The notes: generated from the letters alone by a model not told the origin. Counted from the stretch's first letter, positions 9,397-22,992 are shown. The stretch is 32,000 nt of DNA from Mycoplasma mycoides subsp. capri (GCF_018389705.1 NZ_CP065581.1:660001-692000), one strand, 5' to 3'. Made by a program: numbers and translations.

Positions 9397-10941
9397 TTAA
9401 AAATTAAAAGTTAGATTCTTATATTGAGATTTTAATTTATTAAAATCTTTAGTACTTTTAATAAAGATTTCTGTATTATAAATTTGACGTTTTTGTATTG
9501 AGTCTCACATTGATTTATCTAAATAGTTATCTTGTAAAAACAAATAATAAGTAATTGTGTTTTTTGTTCCAATTCTATGATTTCTTTTTAAAGCTTGAAT
9601 ATGATAACCATAAGTTGCTAAAGAAAATAAAATAGTCTTATCATATTCTTGTCAATTATTTCCTGTACTTGCTGAAAAATAATTTGCAATAATCACACGT
9701 TTTTTACTACTATTTTTATTATTTTGATCTAAATTTAAAAATTCTAAATAATTAGTAATATTTTTTTTATTACCATTTCAAATATCAATTTTATAATCTA
9801 GTTTTTTACAAATTTTATAAATTTCATCAAACTCAGGATCATAGTTATAAAAAATAATATAGTTATCAATCTTATCAGTTAAGAGTTGTTCTAATTTATT
9901 TAATCTTGAATAATCAAATCAATAATAATCTTTACTATTTCCTTGAAATCCAATTGAAATTTGTCTAGTTCTTAATCAAAAAGTAGCATCATCACCAGCT
10001 ATTCATTTATCATCAGGATAACTTAAATTTTTATAATATGGGTTTTTAATAAGATTTAATTGATTTGGTTTGTAATTTGATTTAATGTTATTTTTATTAC
10101 AAAAATTTAATAAATCATATTCTGTTACTTTTTTATTTGTAAATAGTTCAAATTCACTACTAATTGGTAATTTAATACCAATGAATTGTTGTTTTGGTAA
10201 ATAAATAGGTGGGATATTTTTACTAGTTAAAGCAAATTGATTAATTAATTGTTCTAATTGTTTTATATTTTTATATCCATTAATTTTATAAACTCTTCTA
10301 TAAGCATTATTAAATTGGGTTTTAATACAAAACTGATCTTCAAACTGATATCTAGTCATTTTTAAACCTAAAAATCTTAATTGATTAAACATATCAATAG
10401 CCCCAGTTGTTTGAGGAGTGCCACTTAATAAGTATAAATAAGTTTTAAAAGCTAGTTTTTTAACTAAATCAACAAAGTTTTTAATACTAATGGAAATTAA
10501 AGCTCTTGAGTTTTTAATATTTTGACTTTCATCAATAATAATTGCGATTTTTTGATTTTTATGTACACTAATAAATTTAGCTAAATAATTAAAAAAGTTT
10601 TCTTTATTAATATTTAATAAAAATGAATGATAATTAATAATAATTGCTTCTTTTTGATTGTTTCTAAAATCAGCATTTTTTAAATCAGTTTTTAAATAAA
10701 CTTTGAAATTTAAATCATTTTGTAGATAATTTGTAAAACTAGCATTTTGTTCAACAGTTTCTAAAGTTTTACTTCTACTAGCAATTACAATAATTGCATC
10801 AACTTGATTAATTTCACAAAAACCTAAACTTAAAATTGTTTTTCCACTACCCATATCTAAAAACAATCCTAATTGATTTTTATGCTTATTTTTAATAATT
10901 AATTCTTTTTGTCAGTCAAATAATTGATCAATAATTGCCAT
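9397..10941 (-). CDS. DEAD/DEAH-box SF2 (SNF2-like) helicase, 514 aa
   Basis: MAIIDQLFDWQKELIIKNKHKNQLGLFLDMGSGKT (Walker A), KIAIIIDESQNIKN (Walker B), YLYLLSGTPQTTGAIDMFNQLRFLG (motif III-like). Confidence 0.75.
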
Positions 10942-10983
10942 ATTTTTTTCCTATTTTTATACTATATTTTTAATAATAAAAAA

Positions 10984-11008
10984 ACAAGTACTAGAAAAAG
11001 TACTTGAA
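10984..11008. terminator. Intrinsic terminator hairpin
   Basis: CAAGTACT-AGAAAA-AGTACTTG inverted repeat. Confidence 0.5.
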
Positions 11009-11254
11009 TTATTTTGCTCTTTTAATAGCGTTCATAGTTTTTTTAATATCAGCTTCTGATGGTTTTCTTCCCATACTCATATACATAGCTCTAATTTGTT
11101 TTTCAGTAATTGGTGGATTATCTTTTAATTGTTTTTTAACCATATATCTAGTAATTACAAATCCTAAAATTAATCCAATAACAATTGCTGCAATAATCAC
11201 ACCAATTAACATTCCAGCTAAAGCACCTGCTGAAAAAGTTGTTGTTAATAACAT
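11009..11254 (-). CDS. YneF family (UPF0154) small membrane protein, 81 aa
   Basis: N-terminal TM then ITRYMVKKQLKDNPPITEKQIRAMYMSMGRKPSEADIKKTMNAIKRA. Confidence 0.85.
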   Translation of the reverse strand: MLLTTTFSAGALAGMLIGVIIAAIVIGLILGFVITRYMVKKQLKDNPPITEKQIRAMYMSMGRKPSEADIKKTMNAIKRAK

Positions 11255-11269
11255 TAAAATTTCTCTTTT

Positions 11270-13240
11270 CTATTTATTTAAATATTCTAATATTTTTTTT
11301 GTTAGATTTTCTTTTATAAATCCAAATTCTTTAATGACACTATTAGCAGGAGCTGATTCACCAAAACGATCAATTCCAAAAACTAAGCCATCATCACCAA
11401 CATATTTATATCAAATTGCACTTGATCCCATTTCAATAGCAATTCTTTTAGTATTTTTATTAATAATTTGATCTTGATATTGTTTATCTTGTTTATCAAA
11501 TAAATTAGTTGATACCATTGAAATAACTTTTGATTTAATATTGTGATTTAATAATTCTTTTTGCACATCAATTGCTAATCCAACTTCACTACCACTAGCA
11601 ATTAAACTAACAGTTGCATCAGTTTGATCACTAATTATATAAGCTCCACGTTCAACTTGATTTAAAACATCATTGTGTTGTAGTTGTCTTACATTTTGTC
11701 TAGTTAAAATAATTGAAGTAGGAGTTTTAGTTAGTTTTGTTAAAGCAACTTTATAACAAGCAATAGTTTCACTAAAATCAGCTGGTCTTAAAACAACATG
11801 ATTTGGAATAGTTCTTAACATTGATAGTTGTTCAATTGGTTGATGAGTTGGTCCATCTTCACCAACTGCAATAGAATCATGAGTAAAGACATATAATTGT
11901 TGTAATTGCATAATTGAAGCTAATCTCATTGCTGGTTTTAAATAATCTGCAAATACAAAAAACCCACTAGCTACTGGAATTAATCCTTTATGAGCTGCAA
12001 TTCCATTATTAATTGCACCCATTCCAAATTCTCTTACTCCATACATTATATTTCTACCAGTTTTATTTAAACTAGTAAATTGGTTATCAGCACCTTTAAT
12101 TCTAGTTGAACTAGATAAATCAGCACTTCCTCCAATTAGCATTTTTTCATGATTTGCAATTTGTTCAAAAATCTTTCCTGAACTTAATCTTGTTGCTTCA
12201 TCATTATTTGGTATATCTTTTAATAAACTAGAAAAATCAAAAGTGATATTTTTATTAATAGCATTATCTAAATAAGTACTTAATTCAGGATATTTTAAAC
12301 TATATTTAGCTTTTAATTGATTTCAATATTCTTCTTCAATTTCACCTTTTTTAGCATTAATTGATCAGTGTTTATAAACTGAATCTGGAATAATAAAATC
12401 ATCATAATCTCAATCAAAATATTTTTTTACCTTAGTTATATCATCATTTAAAGGAGCACCGTGAACATCTTTAGTTCCTTGTTTAGTTGAACCTAATCCA
12501 ATAACAGTTTTAACTTCAATATATGTTGGTTTATCTGAAAGTTGAGCTTTTCTAATAGCTTTATAAATGGAATTTAAATCTTCTCCATCACTAACTTTTA
12601 TTGTATTTCAATTACATGCTTTAAAACGTTTGTGCATATCTTCAATTTGTACATCAACTACATTTGAATCTAATTGCACATCATTTGAATCATGAATTAA
12701 AATTAATTTATTTAACTTATGTTTACCAGCAAAAGAAATAGCCTCTTGACTAATTCCTTCTTGTAAATCACCATCACCACATAAAACATAAGTATAATGA
12801 TGAATTAAATTAAAATCATGTTTATTATAAACACTTGCTAGATGAGCTTCAGCAACAGCCATTCCAACTCCCATTCCAACACCTTGACCAAGTGGACCTG
12901 TTGTCACTTCAACTCCACATGTTAAAGTTTTTTCAGGATGTCCTGGAGTTTTACTATCTCATTGTCTAAATTGTTTTAAATCATCAATAGATAAATCATA
13001 TCCAGATAAATGTAAAGCTGAATATAATAACGCACTACCATGACCAGCAGATAAAATAAATCTATCTCTATTAAATCATTCTGGATTTTTAGGATTAAAA
13101 TTCATAATTTTATTAAATAAAACATAAACTATTCCAGCTGCTCCTAAAACAATTCCAGGATGACCAGATTTTGCTTTATTAATTGCACTTACACCTAATA
13201 TACGTAATGCATTTAAATTATCATTTTTACTAGTTTTCAT
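11270..13240 (-). CDS. tkt: Transketolase, 656 aa
   Basis: [53 protein letters not shown] and [14 protein letters not shown]; AGGAG Shine-Dalgarno just upstream of 13240. Confidence 0.95.
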
Positions 13241-13298
13241 TTTTCTCCTTATATTTAATAGATATATCAATTGAATTTATGAATTAAGTTTGAGATTA

Positions 13299-13451
13299 CT
13301 ATTTTAAAACTATTTCTAAATATCAACTTTTTAATAATTCATATTCTTGATTTTGTTCTTCAGTAATTAAATTTTTAGCTTTTAAATCAGCATAGAATTT
13401 AATTCTTTTTATGATTTCATCAAAAGGTAAATCTTTAATATTATCTGACAT
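13299..13451 (-). CDS. Short DUF896-like protein, 50 aa
   Basis: MSDNIKDLPFDEIIKRIKFYADLKAKNLITEEQNQEYELLKSWYLEIVLK*; resembles the YnzC/DUF896 core; Shine-Dalgarno upstream. Confidence 0.55.
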
Positions 13452-13537
13452 TTTTTCTCCTATATATTATTTTATACCATTATAAAGATCAGTTTTATAG
13501 ATTACTAATTAGTAGTTTTTAATATCTTAGTAAATAT

Positions 13538-13569
13538 AAAAAAACACTTTATTTTATTAAAGTGTTTTA
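13538..13569. terminator. Intrinsic terminator hairpin
   Basis: AAAACACTTTA-TTTTAT-TAAAGTGTTTT. Confidence 0.65.
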
Positions 13570-13572
13570 AAA

Positions 13573-14307
13573 CTAATTTGAAGCTTGACTAGTTATTATC
13601 GGTTTATTTTGAGTAATTTTTAAATCTTTTTTAGATTTCTTTTCTTGTTTATTTAAAAATTCTAAGCTATCAAATCTTGTACATCATAATTGATTTCAAG
13701 TATTTGGCACTCTTTTTAAAACTAAAATAGAAACTTCAAAAGTTGAAATAATTAAAATTGGTTCTATAACAGCATCAATTGGAAAGACAATAAATTTCTT
13801 TACTAAAGTTACATAAACATATGCATTTTTACCAATAGCTAACATAGCAATTGGGTGAGAAATGAATGTTAGTGTAAAACTTGCAATAAATAGTAAAACA
13901 AAAACTGAAATCATAAATGATAATCTTGATTTTTGTTTTTTAATAAAAACTAATGATCCTAACATTGCATAAATCATATATGCAGCCATAAATGAAAAAT
14001 GAATAAAAATACCTGGGTTAACCATTCCAGCTGTATAACTTAAGGCCCCAACTAAAGCTCCACCCATAGGACCAAACAACATACCAGATAAAAATAAAAT
14101 AAAGTTACCAAGCATCAAGCGCGCACCAAAAACACCACTATAACCAAGAAAATTTGTTAATAAAACAATTAATGCTACTTGCATTGCCATCATTGTTATT
14201 TTAGTAGTTGTAATAGTTTTTAAAAATTTTGGATCCATCATGTAAGCTATTGCAAATAATAAAATGATTACACAAATAGCAGCTCCATTTGTTAAGAAAA
14301 ACAACAT
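13573..14307 (-). CDS. ECF transporter S component-like membrane protein, 244 aa
   Basis: Multiple TM segments; GYSGVFGARLMLGNFILFLSGMLFGPMGGALVGALSYTAGMVNPG resembles ECF S-component signatures. Confidence 0.75.
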
Positions 14308-14411
14308 TTTAGCAGCCTCTCATTAAAATTTAATATTTTACATTAATTATTGTATCAAGTATCTAAACTATTAAAACACATATAAATTATTTTTATTTTT
14401 TAAAAATTATT

Positions 14412-15686
14412 TTACTTATAATTAATTTTTTTTAAATATTGTTTTATTAGTTGAATCGCTCTTTTTGAATAAAATTTTTTACTATTATCAGATAATTCAA
14501 AACCATCAATCATATCAACTAAAGCTCAATTAATTCTCATTGGACTAAAATTAGAATCAGTTTTTAATAAATAATGATAAAGTGAACCTATTGTTGAATT
14601 TTTATTAGGTAGAATCATTTTTTTATTATTTAAATATCTATCTAAATTAATTGCACTAATTAATCCAGAACAAACTGATTCAACATATCCATCAACTCCA
14701 ATAATTTGACCTGCAAAAAAAATATTTTTATGTGTTTTTAATTGCACACCTAAATTTAATATTTTTTTAGTGTTAATGTAATTATTTTTATGCATAACAC
14801 CATATCTCATAATTTTTAAATTTTCTAATCCAGGAATTAAGCTAAAAACTTTTAATTGTTCATTTCACATTAAACTAGTTTGAAAATTAACTATTGAATA
14901 TAAATTATTAATAACACTATCTTTTTTTAATGTAATAGTTATATAAGCATTATTATTAATTGGTTTAAAATTATTAATAAATTCTTGTTTGTTTTTAGCT
15001 AAACTTTCAATGCTAAAATAATTGTTTTTTTCTAGTAATTTAATTTCATTTTTTAATGGTGAATTAAAAGTTTTTGCACTAATTAAAGCATTGTAAAATT
15101 TTTCAAATTGCTCTTTATTTAAATCAGAATATAAATAATCTAAATTATTATCTAAGCTATAACAAATATTTGTATTTATTGATTGTTTTAAAATAGTTGG
15201 TTCTACACTATCAAATAATTTTAAATTCTTCTTATTAATTAAATTTTCTAATTTATTTAAAAAACTTGGTGTTGAAATAGGACCAATTGCTATAATTGTT
15301 GGAATATTTAAATCAATATTTAAATATTCTTGTTCTATAATTTTTAAGTTATTAAAAGTTTTTAAATAATTAGTAATGTATTTACTAAACTCAATTCTAT
15401 TTACAACTAATTCATTATTTTGATTTATACTAGCATATTTTGCTGCTTTTATAATTAGTGAATCTAAAAGTTCTAATTCTTTTTTTAAAGTACCAACACT
15501 AGTGTTTAAATCAATTGATCTAAATGAATCTGAATATGCTAATTCACAAAAATAATCATAATGTTGAATTGGATTTTTTTTAATAGTTTTAATTTCATAC
15601 AATTCAACAAAATAGCCTTTTTTTAATAAATAATAAGCAGCTTCACACCCTGATAGTCCTGCTCCAATGATTCTTATTGTTTTCAT
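14412..15686 (-). CDS. trmFO: Methylenetetrahydrofolate-tRNA-(uracil-5-)-methyltransferase TrmFO, 424 aa
   Basis: MKTIRIIGAGLSGCEAAYYLLKKGYFVELYE (FAD-binding), LAYSDSFRS, NEQLKVFSLIPGLENLKIMRYGVMHKNNYI, FFAGQIIGVDGYVESVCSGL. Confidence 0.92.
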
Positions 15687-15821
15687 AATATTCTCTTTAT
15701 ATTTATAATCATAAAAAAAGTAATTAATAAATTCTATTAAAGTCTTAAATAAAGATAATAATTTTTAATTAAATTATATTTATAGTTTTAGATTCTATTG
15801 TTTTTTTTATTATAAAGTGTA

Positions 15822-15937
15822 ATATTAATTCAAATCCTGATTGTGATCAGTTGACAACATCTTGAGTCTAACCGTATGTTAAGTACGGAGCCCACCAGGT
15901 AAAAAGCACCGTGACGTGATACAGGTGCTTTTTTTTA
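15822..15937 (+). ncRNA. Putative structured small RNA of unassigned family
   Basis: GC-rich island in an AT-rich intergenic region; hairpins CTGAT-TGTG-ATCAG and CCGTA-TGTTAAG-TACGG; terminator GCACCGTG...TACAGGTGC + T8; candidate promoter TTGTTT-N16-TAATAT upstream. Confidence 0.6.
15906..15937 (+). terminator. Rho-independent terminator of the intergenic RNA
   Basis: GCACCGTG-ACGTGA-TAC(A)GGTGC followed by about 8 T. Confidence 0.75.
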
Positions 15938-16077
15938 TTTAATTTAAAATAATATGAAAAAAAATTATATTTATGATTTTTAATACAAAAAATACTAATT
16001 AATAACTTTTTTATAATATAACTACATATTTTATAGCATTGATAACTATACAAATTATTATTTAAATTAATTACTAA

Positions 16078-16103
16078 AAAGAGCTTTTAAAGCTCTAATT
16101 TTT
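16078..16103 (-). terminator. Intrinsic terminator at the 3' end of the protease gene
   Basis: AAAAAGAGCTTTTAAAGCTCTAATTTTT inverted repeat. Confidence 0.55.
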
Positions 16104-18810
16104 AGTTTTTAGTTTTTTTATTTCTTTTTATTATTCATATTAATAAACCAGTAAATGCAATACTACTCAAGCTTATTAAAAGTGAAATAACTATTCAAAA
16201 TGTATTAGTTTTTTTATATTGTTGTTTTTGAGTTATATTTGAAAGCTTTTCTAAAATTTGATCTTTATTTTCTTTATTAGTAGATATATCATTTGAATTA
16301 TTGTTTAAAACAGAAACATTTTGACTAGAAGTATTGTTATCATTAGAAATAATATCAGATGATAAATCATCAACAACATATCATTCTAATAGCATAGTAT
16401 CTTTTTGATTTTCAAACACATAATTTGGATCTAGAATTTTTAATACTACAGCATACTTACCAATTTGATTTTTTCAATTTTCTCTAATTTCAACTAAATT
16501 AGTATCAATAAGTTGATTAAACTCAGGAGAAACACCATTGATTGGATCATGTTTTAATTTATTACTTATTAACTGTAAACCTTGATAAATAACTTTTTTA
16601 TTAACATTTATATCAACTTTTTGATCATAAACTTTGTTCTTATAGTGATATTGTAAAGTTATTGATTTGTGATCACCTTTAAGAATGCTTTCATTATTTT
16701 GATAAACAATTCTATCTGGGATTAAAGTTATATTTTGACCTTTATCAGTGATATTTATTTCAAAATCAATAGGTTGTACTATATCATTTGCTTGAAAAGT
16801 TTCTTTTAATCTATTAACTTCAACTTTAAAATCAGGAGTATTATTTTCAAATATAGGTTTAATTATAACTGGATAACGATATGAATTAGTTTGATTTGTT
16901 GTTGAACCAATATAATTTAAATTACCATTACCTGTTTGTAGTTTTTTTACTAACTCTTGATCAATATAATATCCTTTTTCATCTTTTAATAAAGTTTGAT
17001 AATTACCATTACTATCAACATATTGATATTCTTTTATTTTTAAATCACTATTTGTATTATTATCTAAATATCATTTAAATGAATTATTATTATTTTCAAA
17101 AACAACTTCATTTACTAAGTTATTTAACTGTCTATTATTTGTATCAAAATACAATTTAGCTATAATATATTGTTTATTTGTATCTAATCTAAAAACTTGA
17201 TATTTTTTAGTATCAGTTTTTATATTATTAACATATTTATCAATATCTATTTTAAAATGATTCTCTTTATATTTGTCATTTAATAAATTTAGGTTTAAAT
17301 TAAAAGCATATGTAGATTTTTCTAAAGACCCAATTTTATCAGAACCGATACGATATTCAATATCATTATCAGCATTTAAATAAGTTGGTGCATAACCATA
17401 ATTTAAATCATAATTAGTTTCATGTTGTTTTTTAGAAGTTAAAAAAACTGGTATTTTATTATTTGCTGAATATGAATTTGAGCTATGAACAACTAAACTA
17501 TAATCATTATTTGAATTTGTATAAACAGCAGAACCTGAATATAAGTTTTCACTACCATCAAATATATAAATTTGTCTTGTTTCTTGTTGAGTTTTTAATT
17601 TGTTAGGTTCAGATTTTGATTTGTATTTATAATTTAATTTAACTGTATATGAACCTGGTTTTAATTTATTATCTTTATTTTCATATGATACGTTAGTAAC
17701 ACTATTATTATTAGTTATTTTAAATTTATCAGTAATATTTAAATTATCTAAATAAATTTGCACATCCATTTTAATTAGATCAGCTATATTTGTATTAAAA
17801 TGATATTCTATTTTAATATCATCAGTTCAATTAAAAACATTTTGATTTAAAGGCTTAGAATCTGAATTTGGTTTTTGATTATTTTGTGAATTATAATAAC
17901 CACTATATTTATTAATAATTGAATTTGTACTTTTTGATGTTATTAATTTATCACCAATATATTTATAACCATACAAGTTCATATATAAAACACTAGTATT
18001 ATATGGTAAATAGTTCACTCCATCACTATTTTCATACTTATTATCACTATTTAAAACAATAAAAGCACCTACTGATCCATCAATACATTTATAATTATCA
18101 TCTCAACCAATAATTGAAACTGCATGTCCATTTGCTCCATAATCACTAACAATTTCACTAGTTTTTTTATTATTAGAATCATTTGATTTTATATTTCAAT
18201 ATTCAATTCCTACCATTAAAGCTGAATTATTAGAAATGTGATACTTTATATCATTTAAATCATTTTTAATATTGTATCTATCAAATATAACCATTTGTAG
18301 TTTATCAGCTAAATTATGAATGAATTTAGGTTTATAAAGATCAAGAATCTTTTTATAATAAGTTCCAGAATTTGGTAAATAATAAAGATCACTAAAGATA
18401 AAATCTGATTCAAAAGATATTCCGTTTTTTAAAGCATTATGAAAATCAAAAAAATTAGCTCCATTTGCGACTCTATTTTCTAATTGAGCAGCTATACTTG
18501 CTTCTGATAAATCATACATCTCATTATTATTAATCATTAAAGCAGTTTCTAAAGCTTTAATTGAAGAAAAATCTCAGCATAATCCACTTTGATCTTGAAG
18601 TTGATGAAATAAAAGATAATCATCTCTTAATGAATAATATTTTCTATTTTCTTTTTTAGATTCATTGTTTATTTTTTGATTATTAAATGTAACTAGATTA
18701 GTTGAATAGTTACTAGTTAGTGTTTTATTTAAAAATAATAGAGCTGGAGTAGTTAGTATAATATTAGAACAAACTAATAAACTTATTTTTTTATATCAAT
18801 ACTTTTTCAT
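16102..18810 (-). CDS. Papain-like (C1-type) cysteine protease with C-terminal TM anchor, 902 aa
   Basis: Several track ORFs in one code-4 frame; LQDQSGLCWDFSSIKALETALMIN, ANGHAVSIIGWDDNYKC...GAFIVLNSDNKY; N-terminal hydrophobic segment and C-terminal FWIVISLLISLSSIAFTGLLIWIIKRNKKTKN*. Confidence 0.8.
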
Positions 18811-19026
18811 ATTTTATTAATTTCTACAATTTGTTATTCAATCATTTCTTAATTACTTATAAAATTTCTCATTTTTGCAATGATATTATTATAACTTAAA
18901 GACTGATTTTATCTAATAATAAAATCAAAAATCAATACAAAAGATCAATAAATCTTAAATAAATTAAAACTAAACTAAAAGTTGTTTTTTATATAATTTA
19001 ATTAATAAACAATAAGAAAGGATTAT

Positions 19027-20115
19027 ATGAATTTAACTATCATTTTAATAATTTTAATAAGTATATTAACTATTATTTGTATTAGTATTTTATTTTATTT
19101 AATTAAAACTAAAAATAATGATTCTAAAATTGATCTAACTAGTTTAAAAGATAATTTAAACAATAAATTTGATACTAATAAAGAATTGATTACTAAAGAA
19201 ATAGAAAAAGATACTGAAATTACTAAAACTAATTTAATTAATTTAAAAGAAACAGTTAACAAACAAAAAGAAGATCTAACAAAATCATTAGATAAACTAG
19301 AAGAAAATATTAAAAAATTTAATGAAATTACTAATAATATAAATACAATTGATAAAAAAGTTGATACATCAGTTAAAAACATTAATGAATTATCTTTAAT
19401 TTTTAAAAATAGTAAAACTAGAGGAAACTTAGGTGAGTTTACTTTAGAATGAATTTTGACTAATGTTTTAGGTGAAAAAACAGATAATGGAATTTGACAA
19501 ACTCAATATCAATATAAAAACTCTAAGGTAATAGTTGATGCTATTATTAAAACACAAATTAATGATAAAAAGATTGCAATTGATTCTAAGTTTCCTTTAA
19601 CAAAAGCAAATGTCTTAATTTCAGAAAATACTGATACTTATTTATATAAACAAGCTGAAGATGAATTTAAAAAAACAATTAAAAATATGATTAAAGAATT
19701 AAATAATAAATATATTTCTAATTCTGAAAATGTTTCTAGTGTAATTATGTTTATACCTTCTGAAGCTATATTTGAACTAATTTGATCTAAATTTACTGAT
19801 ATCTTTAGTGAAGCTATTAAAAATAAAATTTGAATTTGTTCACCAACTACTTTACCAGCTGTTTTGTATTCTCAACAAATTAGTATTAAAGAATATAAGA
19901 TTAGTAAAAATATTAATGAAATTCAAAAACTAATTAAAACAATAACTGATGATGTTAAAAGACTATTAGATAGAAATGAAAAAATGTCTAAGATTTATGA
20001 AAAGTATAAAACAGAAACAGAAGAAGTTTTTAAAGAATTTCAAACTTCAGCAAATAAAATTGATAAAAACTATTCTAAACTAGAAGCAATAAATATTGAT
20101 GATAACCAAGAATAA
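19027..20115 (+). CDS. rmuC: DNA recombination protein RmuC, 362 aa
   Basis: N-terminal TM, coiled coil, then RGNLGEFTLEWILTNVLGE, VDAIIKTQINDKKIAIDSKFPLTKA, VIMFIPSEAIFELI. Confidence 0.88.
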
Positions 20116-20130
20116 TTAAATATTTAATAA

Positions 20131-20155
20131 AAATAGACCAATAGGTCTATTTTTG
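20131..20155 (+). terminator. Intrinsic terminator
   Basis: AAATAGACC-AATA-GGTCTATTTTT. Confidence 0.7.
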
Positions 20156-20169
20156 ATTCAATTCATTAT

Positions 20170-20970
20170 TTATTTAGTTTTTTCAACTTTAATTAATTGG
20201 TTTAAAATAAAGTATTTAAGTGTTGGTGGACCTGCATTAATCACATCTGTTGCTTGTTTTATAAATTCCTTGTTTCCAAATATTAGTGAAAGAGCTAGTT
20301 CAAGATCTTCATATAAATTAATACGGATTTTAGAATTATTAAAAAACGCAAAACAAATATTTATAAAATCTTCTTTTTTGTTCATAATAGTTTGGTCTTT
20401 AAACTCTTTTTTATCTAAATAATTATAAAAATAATTAAAACCATCTCGATTTTTATTTAAATATCATTCAAATGTTTTAATGTCATTTTTATCATTAATT
20501 CATTCTTCTAATTTAGTTATAAAAAGATCAACAAATAAAACATCTTGATACTTTTCACATTCAGTTTTAAATTCTTTTAACTTGTTTATAAAAAGTTGTT
20601 CATAAACTTTTTTAAGATAATCAAACATTCATTGTTCAGTTAAGTCTTTACTATCAATAATAGTTTTTTTAGCTTTAAAATCTTTTAAAAAAATATCTAT
20701 TAATTCTGTTCCAATTCAATGTTTAATAACAGCTATTTGAGTTTCTCATTTTACATCATCATTTTCTATTTTATTTGATTCTATTTGTTTTAACATATCA
20801 TCTATTGAAACTTTAAGTGGATAAGTTAATGTGTATTGTTTTGCAATATCTAAAAATTCTTTTTCTTTATTTGTTAAAGTTTTTTGATTTTTAAATTCAT
20901 ATCTTAAAAGTTCTAATAAACTAAAACGATTAACAAACTCTAATAAATTAAATGATCTAATTTCTTTCAT
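20170..20970 (-). CDS. Hypothetical protein, 266 aa
   Basis: Frame MKEIRSFNLLEFVNRFSLLELLRYEF...TLKYFILNQLIKVEKTK* continuous with TGA=Trp (track ORFs 20170-20385 and 20746-20970). Confidence 0.7.
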
Positions 20971-21083
20971 ACTAATCCTTATATAAAAAATACTTTCTTA
21001 ATATTATTTTAAATAATAGAAAATAAGAATTTTTAATAAGATTTAAAATACTAGATTTTAAAAAAGTTTTATATAATCTAAAT

Positions 21084-21953
21084 ATGGAAAATAAGAAAAA
21101 TAATTATTTTAGTGATATTGAAATTTTATTAACATATGATTATGATTCATGTGTGTTATTTTTATTAAATAAATATGGTCAAGTTAAAGGTGATTATATT
21201 AAATATTCTTATAATTGATTTGTTAAAAATATAGAAGAAAATTTAGCTATTAAAAAATCTTGATATGGTTTAGAAATTCATCATATAGATGAAGATAAAA
21301 TCCCTAATTTATCATCAAAAGAAAATAGACAAAAATATATAGAATATCAAAGAGCTGATCGTTTAGTTTATTGTAATTTAATTGAACATTTACTTTTACA
21401 TATTAAAATTTATGAAAAAAATAAAAATAATTTAAGTAAAAATGGGATTAGATTAATTATTAGAAAAATTAATGATTATTATTCTTATCATCAATTTGAT
21501 GATGATAGAAATAAATTGTTTTATCAATCAATTAAAGATAAAAAGTTAGATTATTTTAATTGTTTAGCTTATATTAATGATCATAAAATCTTAACAGGAA
21601 ATAAATGATATGCACGTTCTTTATTAGAAGATGAGCATAATAACTTATACCAATTAAGTGTTTTATATGATGAAATTGATCTTTATTTAAAAGCTAGAGT
21701 TATACCAAGCGAAGTTGATGATAGTATTAATCGTCCTAAAACTTTTAAACTTGAAAAACTTGATGATTTAGATTATTATGTTGAGCAAAGAAAAAGAGAA
21801 ATGCAACAACAAAAACAATCTAGAATTAGAATTTCTAATAATACTACTAAACCAAGTAATTCAAATAAATCAAGTTATAAATGATCAGTTATTATTTTGA
21901 CATTTTTAGTTTTACTTATATTCATATTTATCTTTTTTGTATTTCTTCGCTAA
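21084..21953 (+). CDS. HNH-like motif protein with C-terminal TM helix, 289 aa
   Basis: MENKKNNYFSDIEILLTYDYDSCVLFLLNKYG...WYGLEIHHIDEDKIPNLSSKENRQKYIEYQRADRLVYCNLIEHLLLH...; C-terminus YKWSVIILTFLVLLIFIFIFFVFLR*. Absent from the track. Confidence 0.75.
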
Positions 21954-21981
21954 AAAGGGCTTAATTTTTTTAAGCCCTTTT

Positions 21982-21983
<2 letters not shown>
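21952..21983. terminator. Bidirectional intrinsic terminator
   Basis: AAAAAGGGCTTAA-TTTTTT-TTAAGCCCTTTTTT. Confidence 0.75.

Positions 21984-22992
<1,009 letters not shown>

Noticed and set aside
11004-11471. 155-aa plus-strand ORF
   Set aside because: Antisense to the YneF-family gene and the 3' end of tkt.
15822-15850. TTCAAATCC resembling a tRNA T-loop
   Set aside because: No acceptor, D or anticodon arms can be assembled around it.
16896-17078. 60-aa plus-strand ORF
   Set aside because: Antisense to the papain-like protease; low-complexity Y/L/I composition typical of spurious AT-rich ORFs.
20153-20422. 89-aa plus-strand ORF
   Set aside because: Lies antisense to the 20170-20970 CDS, which has a longer code-4 frame.
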